Below are positions 14,795 through 25,315 of a DNA stretch of 40,284 nt, piece by piece. The notes under the pieces are model-generated. The model saw nothing but the letters and a program-made list of their open reading frames with translations. It was not told the DNA's origin and ran no database searches. A program made the translations under genes and the position numbers. Each line of letters begins with the position of its first letter. The first letter of the stretch is position 1. The DNA comes from Guillardia theta CCMP2712. Taxonomy: Eukaryota > Protista > Cryptophyta. The stretch lies in contig NW_005434426.1 in assembly GCF_000315625.1 (NCBI RefSeq), forward strand, positions 9,159-49,442, read 5' to 3'.

Positions 14795-17700
14795 TCAGAC
14801 TCGCTGAGGATACGTGAGCACTACGGAGTGTACGATGATGGCTGTGTTCCCGGGAGGTACTTCCATCGTCAGGTCGACCGATCGTTTCAGGGCGAACTGG
14901 CGCATGATAGCGAGCGGGATACTGATGCTGGTCACGAAGCCCTTGGAAGGCTCGTACTGGGAGTAGTCCCCCGCAAACAACCAGCCGATCTCCTCCCCGT
15001 CGTTGCCTGCCCTCAGTCTGACGGCGTTCAAGAAGGGCCACCGACTCTGCTGCTGCTTCCACTCGGCTCGAGGGTCCCGCGAGCGCAAGAGCTGGACGTA
15101 GAAGGGCTCTCTCCCCGCGAACAAGTAGGGCTGCGGGTCAGTCAGCGTGTTCAGCTTCGTGTCCTGGCTGGTGAAGCTCTCGGCCTGCCGATAGCCCTTG
15201 TCCTCCAGGTACGCGTGCACCCACAGCAGAGCGTCTCCTGCTGCCGGGGGAGCGTCGCCTTGGAAGGTGAAGTGGAACTTTGAAGGACGGTAGAGGCGCG
15301 AGCCGAACCCCATCCCGCTGCTCTCGTCCAGCTGCAGCATCCGCGCGTTCCCGCTCGCGTACGTCAGCTTGAGGGGGTTGAATCGAACGGGAGAGCGCTG
15401 GGAGATCTGAGGTGCAGTCAGGAGCTCCTCGACGGGACGAGAACGTACCTTGAAGTTGAGCGACAGGGAGGAGGAGTTGGCCAGGGCCTGACGCAGCAGA
15501 TCTCTAGAGATGTTGAACATCTCTGTGTGACTGGCCGAGCGATTCTTGTCGATGAGGGTGAAAGCCGACCTGTAACAACTTCTGTTGGGGTACAAGCCGA
15601 CGCCAAGACAGAGCTCTGCGATGTCTGCCGGTTGACTGATGGCGAAGAACTTGGTGCCTGAGCTCGGCTCCTGTGAGTAGGAGCGGTCATGGAGGCAGAG
15701 GGTGAGAGGGAGAGCAAGCTACCACGCTTGTGAACAGTGTCGACAACAAGGTATCGTTGTAGTAGACGCCAATAGAGCCCTCCATGCGATTTGCCTCTGC
15801 TGTCACTTTGATGTGGCCGTCGCTCAAGACCGGAACCCCTTGGGGGACGGGGAAGGAAACGTTGTAAGACAGGTCGCTCGGTTGCTGCAGATACACAACA
15901 TCAACTCGCTGACAGCAGCTCGCTGCAGTGCTAGTCGCTGATTTTACCTCGAAAACATTCCCAGGGATGGCGACAGAGACGCATGAAGAAGGGTTGAAGG
16001 CCAGGGTGAGCGATTGAATCTGCAGGCGTCCTGTGCAGTTGGGCGAGGTCTCAAGAGTGAAATACTGCGACGCGGGTGAGCAACATGCTTTTCAAGGAAG
16101 AAACAGAGAGCAGTACCATAACTTCATCAGAGCTCATTGCAATCATCTCGTCCTGCGACAGTACGATGGCGCCTTGCAACTTGTCAACACTCTGCAGAAA
16201 CATCCAAGTGACTGAGCGGTCGACAGCCATCCATGCGTCCTCACCCGAGACTGTTCGTCCTTGTCGAAGAGAACTCCAAGAGTTTCGCCCTGCTCGCCCT
16301 TGACAGCGATGTTGCACCAGGGATAGAACATGTCGAGGTTCTCGAGGATGTGAATCTGAGCCGTCAGAGTTGCCGCGCTGCAGACTGTGGGAAGAGACTG
16401 GAAGGCGAAGACTCTTCGGAAGGGGAGCAGCAATGACGACGACTCTCCGACGCTTTGCTGGCAGAAGAAAGGTCGAGAGTTGGCAAATGCCTGAACAAAC
16501 GTCACGATCAATGCAGGACATCGACTGCCGGGACTGATCTACCCGCTCTGCCTCCGTGAAGTCAAGGTAGCTGATGCGATAGGTCGAGGAGCTGTTCAAC
16601 GGTTCAATGTTCTCAGAGCTGTTCCCGATCACTTGAACCTGTTTTCCACCATGTTTAGCACGAAGAACAGCATGCTATGAGACATGAAGTACAGCATGCT
16701 ATGAGACATGAAGTATGGAAGGAGAGGAGGCAGAGGAAGGAGGGAAAGGACAGGGTTCCTACCCTGGCTGCGTACTTGCTACTCAGCAAATATTCAGCCC
16801 CGCTAGCGATGTTGGCCCAGCTTGGTACCTTGACAACCATCAGGACGACAGGTAGGAGGAAGCACTGACCTCATGAGAGTCTCGGTAAGCGCTGCCGTTC
16901 ACTGACAGCGTAGCGGTTCTGGTGGCTCCGTCGTAGCGGACGACTCTAGCCTGCCGCAGGAGGGTCAGGGAGGAATCGCAAGGGAGGGAAGCTCGTGCCC
17001 GGTAGCTCGTCCCGATGAAGTGAATCAGCTCTCCTTCGAACCATCCGTCCGCTGCTGGAGCCCGAGGGCCCAGACCGACGCTACACACGCACTGCCCGGA
17101 GGAACAGGCTGAGGTAGACGCCATGCAGAGGGAGCTGGAGTTGTAAGACGTCCCCGCGCATTCGCACGAGAGGCTGCTAGATAGACTCCCATACGAGGAG
17201 TTGAGGAAATCAACTGATCGCGCCCGATCGATGATGACGTTTGAGGGAGTCTTGGTTATCGCGTACGCATCTCCTTGCAGTGGAGTGTGTTGAAGGCCAG
17301 TCGCAAGCGTCAACAACTTCGAATCAGCTACAACAAGCATCAGTTGTGCAGCAAGCAAGCAGGTCACAGACTACCTTCATACTGCTGTATCCCCACAGCG
17401 TGCCCCGCGTTCTCTCCGGAGAGCATGACAAGGGTGTAACCGTTGTAGTAGCCGTCAACTGCACTGGCGTCTGTTCCCCACAGTGAGACATGCGACGCGT
17501 CTGTCGAGTTCTCTACAAGTCGGCCAGGGGTCGAGTCCCCGACCACTCCAAACAGGAAGAAGTCTTGACAGCCCTCGCCCCCATGGGAGATGGTGAAGCC
17601 CACCGAGTCTTGGTAGCCCTCGCCGGGATTCAGGATAGTCACCGAGGATAGGTACCCGCTCAGAGACGGCTCGAGTAGGATGTTCCAGCAGCTGGGGTTC

Positions 17701-19508
17701 TGCTGTGGGCCAGGGGACACCTTGAGAAAGGTGAAGGGGTACACGTATCCGGCGCCTGGATCTACCACCATGACGTTGGAGAGCGCGCTGCCGTTGGAGT
17801 AGTAGTAGGCAAGGAAACCCGAGCCCTGCTCTTGCCGTGGACATGTCACCGTGGGTATTGAGGCCTGATTGTACCCGTGCCCTCCATCCTGCACTTGGAT
17901 CCGAGTCACGTCCCCGAAGCCGTCGGTGAAGCAATGTGCTCTCAGGCCGTCCCCTCCGCAGCTCTCGTTGCACACTACGATAGCAGGGCCGTCGATGTAG
18001 TACGTGCCCGTCAGGAACTCCCCGTGGGTGGTCGGCTGGATGCTCCTCACCACCCCTTGGATCACGCTGACCTGATCGAAGGGCCCTTCCTGTACCGAGA
18101 CGACCTCCACGTTCCCTTCAGGGCAGCGGATCGTTGGCTTGTGGCTCAGTGAGTACCCGGCGCCGCCATTGACGATGGAGGTCGCGGTGATATCTCCAGC
18201 AGACGCAGTGCACTGCACAGTCAGGCCGGACCCTTCGCAAGGCAGCTCGCAACTGATCCATGCAGGGCCTGACACGTACCCTGATCCTACAACAGCAGAA
18301 CTCACGAAGTCCAGGGATGTGACTGTCCCCTTGCTGTCGACAGCAGCGATGCTGAACGATCCCTGGTTCCCCTCGGCCACCGAGGCAGCACAGTCGACGC
18401 CACCGGACTGTATCACAACGGAGGGGATGGAGTAGAGGACGTTGAAGGAGGCGTTGAACCCCGTGCCATTGGGGGAGGAGGCGACGAGGAACCCTCCCCG
18501 CTGACAGCCTGATCCAGCATGCACGATCGAGACTGAAACGATTCCACTCCTGATGTCCCACTGGAATGCACCGACGTAATCGGTGATCTCACCGATCATT
18601 CCTGCAGATTTCCCTCCTGAGAGCTCCATGTGTTTGCCAACATAGTAGTTGTAGGCGTCAGCAGACGTGAAGAGATCTAGCTTCATATTCCATGTATGAG
18701 AGTTTGCGTCCCAATAGGCCGATCGAAGATTTCCTTGAGATAAAGCCAAGAAAGTAGCGCATTCCAACCCTGGTCTGTTGAACTCAAGCTCATACCTGAG
18801 CGCACTTGTTTGGCCGACTTCGTGAAAGATTGAGTCCAAACTGGATGATGTCGCCGTTCCCGGAGAGCTTTGCGATCCTGTTGAAGGCAAATCACCTTCA
18901 ATCATCTGGAACAGACTCAACTGGGTCTTTTCTGTGCCGGAATAATATCCTCCTCGGATCTGAATGAACTCTATGTTGCTCAACGTTTGCATCACGTCAA
19001 ACTTCGTCGCAACCACGTAGTTGATCGGTGTTGTGATCTTTCCATAACGATTCACCTTTGGAATCATTTGCCATTGTTGGTACTCATTGATCTGCACATC
19101 ATACACCCCTGACATAAGAGACCCGTCCCTCACGCCTCTGATCCCTATGTTTGGAAGCCTCTTGTTTGGTATCAGGATCACATCATAATCATCAATGAAA
19201 GCTCCCGACCATTCAAGACTCTGAATTGAAAAGCGGAGGGTGGAGTTGTAACCAGACTCTTTGAACTTGTTCAGCGACCCTTGGGGAGTTTGGAACCACC
19301 AGGAGCAGTTGCAAGCATCTTTCATCTTGATCGCATTATCTCGAGCATTTAGTTCTAGCGTGTATGGATTCTGTGTCCCGTTCGGCATGTACACCGACCA
19401 GTTCTGTTGCACGAAGTTGACGTTGAGAATGACGTCTCCTGGCTTGCAAGAGACGAGCGGCAGCAGGTAGGCAAGAATGAAACTGACGGCCATGAGCATG
19501 GCTGGCAT
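14795..19508 (-). CDS. Large secreted/extracellular protein: signal peptide, laminin B (domain IV)-like region, GxGY beta-repeats, unknown C-terminal domains
   Basis: 714-aa ORF with signal peptide MPAMLMAVSFILAYLLPLVSC. The stretch WWFQTP...GYNSTLRFSI...DYDVILI...VMQTLSNIEFIQIRGGY resembles laminin B. Repeats include IVNGGAGY, VQDGGHGY, VVDPGAGY and ILNPGEGY. Further coding exons continue to the ORF ending ...HSVVLTYPQRV at 14795. Confidence 0.75.
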
Positions 19509-19859
19509 GACCTGATGTGGAAGGGAGAAGGAGAAGAAGAATCAGCAGAGACTCTGATAACAGAGGCAGGAGGCTTGTCGTCCTCACGGAGAAGTTGGTG
19601 TAGGAAGCAGGTCAAATCAAAAGGAGCGTCAGCAGGGAAGTAGCGACCTCAATATGTGATGTTCTCTCTGGGGACTGCTCATCCACTGCAAGCTGTCGGT
19701 TGTCGATCTCACTCCTCCTGCATCGCATCCTCTTCCTACTCGTCCTCTTCTTCCTCCTCGTCTCGTCTCCTTCCCACGATCATCGCCGCCGCTTCATTCT
19801 TCCTGCACCGACCTGACTGCATATCCTCAAACCGACGTGCCTATCAAGTCGCAGCATTC

Positions 19860-20580
19860 AGTGACCGTGGACTGTCCGCGGCCGGGTCACCGGTGGCGCG
19901 CGGGCCGCGGCCCGGCCCGCCGGGCGGCCCGGACTCCCGGGCCGGATCGGATCGGACCGCTCTCCCCCCCCGGCCGGCCGCGCGGCCGGGCCCCGGTGAC
20001 GGTCGGACTGACTCACCGGTATCCGTGACTGAGTTACTAGTTTGGCCCTGAGGATCCGACGGCGGGACCGTACGGTACAGCCGTACCGTACTGGGTCACC
20101 TTTACTCAAAGTTAAGTGAAAAATCAGTACCGTAGGACAATCGCCAGGATAGTCGAGGACTGTATGTGTTGCCCCCGGCCCGCCGGATAGCAGTGCCACT
20201 GAGTGGCACCCGGGTCACTTGTGACTCGGCAGCTGAGGCTTCCGAAGTTCCCGGCGAGGCCGAGTCCGAGTCATCATGAGGCGAGTCTGATCAGGCCACC
20301 GGGCCCGGGCCGGTAACTCAGTTGACTCTGAAAATCCAAGGCCCCCGCTTGAAAGTCGGATGCCTCCAGCGGCCCCCCCGGCCGGGGCCGGCGGCCCCCC
20401 AGGCTGCCGGCTCCCGCCCCCCACAGCTGACCGTACTAAGCGGCTGAACCGTCTTGGCCCCCCCCCCGTCGGACCTCCGACTCACTGGCCAGCCGCACCC
20501 GATGATCGGCTGAGCGGGGATCGGACCCGCTGGGCCGCCGGCGACTGCGGCGCGTGGCCCCAGTCACTGAGCCATCGGAC
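19860..20580. repeat. GC-rich, CCGG/GGCC-dense intergenic sequence with embedded AT-rich repeat modules
   Basis: Dense short palindromes (ccgg, ggcc, cggtccg, gtac, gatc). Similar texture at ~4790-4950, 6600-6900 and 37520-37660. Contains the ctttactcaaagttaagt motif at 20100. Confidence 0.6.
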
Positions 20581-21286
20581 ATTCCGAATACAAGTGAAAG
20601 TTGACAGTCGACCTAAAGTTGTTCAGAAAGTGAAAAGATCTCTTTTCGAGTCTGCAGGTGCATTAGGGGAATATTCATGTACCCCTCCATTCTATGTGAA
20701 CTTTCTTGTACCCCTCTTTTCGTTACCCCCCTTTCCCGTTTACCCCCTATTTCCCTCCGTAGTACCCCGATTAAAGAAGGGTTGATTACCCCACCCTCAG
20801 TAGGCAGAGAACTGTAATCTCTGTGTAAGCAACAAGGGGGTGGTAGTACAATCTGGTACTAATGAAATCTTTACATATGAGCAATCTTTAATTATAAATT
20901 TTTGTACAAATCAGGCAATCACTACCAAAAAACATGTCCATTTTTCCATATTATATACAAAATACATTATTTTTAGTTCGAACTGTTGGATCCCCCTCTA
21001 GTTTATGTGCATGGAGCATCGAGGTCAGGATAGGAGCAAGCAGGTAGGGGAGGGCTGTGGTAGACTAGGAGTTGAGATCTAGAATGCGGAGATGAGCAGT
21101 GATGGTTCACAGCATGATTGCAGATCAGAATCGTAGGGGAGAGATGGAGTGGTTGAAGGTATGGTGTGCAGACTCGAGTTTTATCTCTTTGATATACTTA
21201 GTAAAGCGAAGTGATTCCAAGTTATTTCAAGGCATGTGAAGTTACTTCGAGCCTATCTTGACTTGATTTGCGAAGTAGATACTTGA

Positions 21287-21304
21287 CAGTCAGTCAGTCA
21301 GTCA

Positions 21305-21372
<68 letters not shown>

Positions 21373-21392
21373 TGCAGTCGGTCGGTCGGTCA
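21287..21392. repeat. Compound tetranucleotide repeat (CAGT)n-(CAGC)n-(CGGT)n
   Basis: Directly visible. Confidence 0.95.
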
Positions 21393-21549
21393 AGGAAGTT
21401 ACTTCACTGATCCAAACAGCTTGGCAGAGAGGTCCACCAGAATTGCGCAGTTGATCGTGCAATACATATTTGCTTTGCGTCTACTCTGACCTGTACTTGC
21501 CTCAGGAATGTCGTGAAACCAATCAAGCCTTTCAGCCGTTTCAATCAAG

Positions 21550-24500
21550 ATGGATCTCCTTGGTAAACAGGATCAGCTCAACAACGCTGAAATCCCCAGG
21601 GAAAGGAATGGAATCTCCCTAGATCCCTTGACCAAAAAATCTAAGAGGACGCACAGAAAGAAGTCGCAAGTTCCAGGGTTGATTGACAGCTATGAAGGAA
21701 TGCAGCGTCCTGGCCTGTTGGCATCCAAGGCAGACAAGAGGAACGGGAAGCACGAGTCCAAGAAGTCCAAGCTATCGAAGCTGAGCGAGACGCAGCAGGA
21801 GGCTCTTCGTCGCTTCCTCTCTCTCGTGCATGCTCGCATGAGGCTCAAGAATCTGTTCAAGGCTGTTGATTCCATCAGGTTCTACTTCCTGCTCCGCTGA
21901 TCCTCTGATCCTCTTTTCTTTGGTCTGAGATCATGTCGTAGGTGGGCTCCACGCGTGAAGCCCTCGGAGGAGGAGGTGCAGGAGTTTGTCAAGCAAACGG
22001 CCGGGAGGTCAGGGACGTATGTCAAGGATACGTTCAAGGTAGCGAGCGTGGACAAAATTCCGGCCAGCAGCTGCATCGGATCTTTTCAGTGGACCAAGAT
22101 TGACACTTCGGATCCTGCCAAGTACATGGTTGTCAACATGAACAGCGAGACTGGCAAGAGCTACAACACGATCTTGATCCGGTTCTTCATGGAACATGTA
22201 TGGGGGATCCGGAAGCCGGATGTAGTCATCTCAGTGACAGGAGGGGTGAGTGGGAGGGTCGGGCCCCGGTGGTTGTGCCTGAGAGGTGGACGCAGGCTAT
22301 GCAGTTCGACCTCAGCACCGACGAGAAGGATAAGATCATGAGGGGCATGATGGAGGGAACCAAGTCCCTCAACCCTCTCTTCGTGACTGGGGGGACGAAC
22401 GCTGGGATTATGAAGTATGCACCCTCCTCCTCCTTCTCCTCCTCCTCCTCACTCTGTGCATAGGTATGTGGGGGAAGCAAGGGCCAAGTACAACCCTCAC
22501 GCTCCTTTGCTCGGGATCGCTACCTTCGGATCCATCCTTGGCAGCGAGTACATGCTGGGCGGGGATAGGGATGCGAACGGCGCGCTGAAGACATCGTATG
22601 AAGGTGAGGAGAGGCTGAACGCCGTCCGGATCTGACGTTGACGGCAGAGATCTCGCGCAAGAGCGAGAAGGAAAGGAAGAAAGTTTCGGCCATGGGAGTG
22701 GGGCTGGTGAGGGGGAGGGGAATTATGGGGATGGTGGTGCTGACGGGCATCTGAAGGATGTCAACCACACGCACTTCATCTTTGCCGACGACGGCTCGTT
22801 TGCTAAGGTCAGGCTCACTTTGCGGGAGAGGAGGAGCGTGAATGTGTTGTTGCTAGTTCGGCAGGGAGACCCAGCTGAGGGCTGACATCGAGTCCTGCAT
22901 CTCAGTCAACCTGGAAGGATGCCCGCGGGGTTTCAAGCAGCACTATGCTCGTGAGAACGAGATGGATAGAGTCATCTTCAAGACGCTGCTGAAGTGAGGC
23001 TGAGGAGGAGGATTGGGCGGAAGCTGTGGTGGAGCAGTGGGAGGAAGAGGCGAAGTAGCGGAAGCAGGTGCAGGAGCAGGCGGAGAAGATGGTAGAGGAG
23101 TAGGAGCAGGAGGGTGGTGGTGGAAGGGATGGTGATGGTTTTGGAGAGGGGGCGACAAGAGGAGATGGGACGGAGAGGGAGAAGAGGTCGAACATATAAG
23201 TTTGATCGCCATGTTTTGATCGCGATGAGAGTTTGATCGCCGATGAGCAGAACTTTCCGCTTCCTTTTCTGAAGGATGAAATGGCAGGTTGAGGATGGGC
23301 TGGGAAGGTCAAAACATCTCGGAGAACAAGGTCAAACCCAAGGATAATGCAGGGCCGATCCCTATCGTCTCAGTTTGCGTGCAAGGAGGAATGGGAACAG
23401 GTGAGCCGAAACTCTCTTGTCCCTCGCCCATTGTTCGCGGTGCTGTCTGGCGTGCCGTGCAGTGTTTGTGTCTGCTCCTTGAAGCTGTTTGCTTCTGTGA
23501 CATTGGAAATGACACGCTTCACTCTGTGAAGTTTGAGTGTGCCGTTGTGTGTTCATTCGTATGGGATAAATTTATGTTCGTTGATGGATGATTGTTTTTG
23601 TCTGCACTTCGATGGCAAATTCCGAAAGAAAACAATCTCCTCCCTCCTCTTCGTTTCTTCTGCTCTTCCCTCCATTCTTCCCCCCCTCCTCTCCCCTACA
23701 TCTCAGCCAACAGCACTGATCTTTGCTCTCGCGCAGTCAACACAGTGCTCGATGCTGTGAACAACGGAACGGCCTCCATCCTAGTGCGAGGGAGCGGGAA
23801 GGCGGCCGACCTGCTGGCCGACGCTGTGCTGATCCGGTTCGCCAAGGGGCACAAGCACTGCATCCCTCCCGGAAAGCTGGAGCAGAACCAGCGCTCTTTC
23901 CTCCGCTTCCTCACGGACCACTTCGGGCTGGACGAGGACAAGGACTTGATCAGCAACGAGGACAGCGACGAGTACAAGTGCTACAACTTCACGAGGATCA
24001 TGGAGATGATGGCTGACTTCTCCAACGTTGACAAGTCGGCTATCAAGGACGAAGAGAGGAGGAAGGGTATCCAGCGAGACGCCGCAGCTCTCATCCGCTC
24101 CTACGAGCTCCCAACAGAAAACACGGACAACGTCGAGATGATCAGGAGAGCGCTGGCAGCGGTTGTGACCAACAAGTGCTGGGTGTTCAACCTGCATGAC
24201 CCCGAGCCCAACGCCATCGACTTCAAGGGCTCGCTCCTCCAGTGCCTGCTCAACGGGATCGGGAGGGGGAGGAAAGACAACGCGTCAGCGCTGCAGGCAA
24301 AGCTCAAGTACTCGATCCTGTGGCAACGAGAGGACATTCTGCAGTACTCGATGAAGAAGAGCGGGCTGAAGAACAGGGACTTTCGGCAGTTCGTGGAGGT
24401 GTTGAACAATTCTTACATGCTCGCTCTCGCGCGCAACAACGTGCGCGCGGCGAAAATGCTGCTAGAGCACGGGGCGAGCATCGACATCTTCCGGATCAAG

Positions 24501-25263
24501 ATGCTGGGGCAGAAGCAGATGATGGACGAGCTGAAGACGCTGGGGCAGGGCGGCGACTCGCTCACGCTCTCGCTCGGGCTGCACTCGTCGCAGATGACGG
24601 TGGCGGCGAAGAAGAAGAAGAGCGATGTTCACGCCATGAGAAGGTGGTCCCAGCTCATCAAGATGAGCAAGGGCGAACAGACGTCGGACCATGTGATGGC
24701 GCTGTCGTCCGACCTCAAGGACGAGTACATCAACGAGGGTTATAACTGCCTGCGAGCCATGACCACTTTCTTCAACAAGATGTTTGTCAGGCAGGAGGAC
24801 AGCTTGCCGGAGGTGGGGGAGACGGACATGGTAGCGCTGACGGAGCCGTTCTCGCTGAAGATCAGGAGGAAGCTCTACAAGGAGCTCATGGAGAAAGAGC
24901 GAGAGCTGAAGAAGTTGGTGAAGCGGCAGGAGCTGGAGGGTCAGCTCACGCATAAAATCAAACAAGTGAAGGACTACAAGAAGACTATCATCCTCCAGTC
25001 CCTCTACACCAAAGTCCTCGGCAGCCTCTTCCGATACAAGCTTGGAACCGACGGGCCTTACGCAGATCTCTTCCTGTGGAATGTGCTGATGAACAGGAGG
25101 GAGATGTCGGAGTTCTTCTGGCAGGAGACTGTCAATCCTGTCCTCTACGCGATCACGGTGAGAGATGGTGGGATGCGCTGCGAGACGAGAAGTCGAGGGG
25201 GTGGGGGTCAAAGAGGAGGAGGAGGAGCAGCAGCAACAAGAAGACAAGGAGCAGGAGGGGCAC

Positions 25264-25315
<52 letters not shown>

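Noticed and set aside
16668-16716. 24-bp direct repeat (and an 18-bp direct repeat at ~34063-34099) as target-site duplications
   Set aside because: The copies are adjacent with nothing inserted between them; these are simple intronic tandem duplications.
18945-18965. IRGG in the large secreted protein as a third LRGG presequence motif
   Set aside because: It lies ~185 aa in, within the laminin-B-like domain where I-x-I-R-G is normal.
19837-20785. G/P/R/A-rich ORFs in the GC-rich intergenic region
   Set aside because: Open in several frames simply because of GC richness; no domain or splice pattern.
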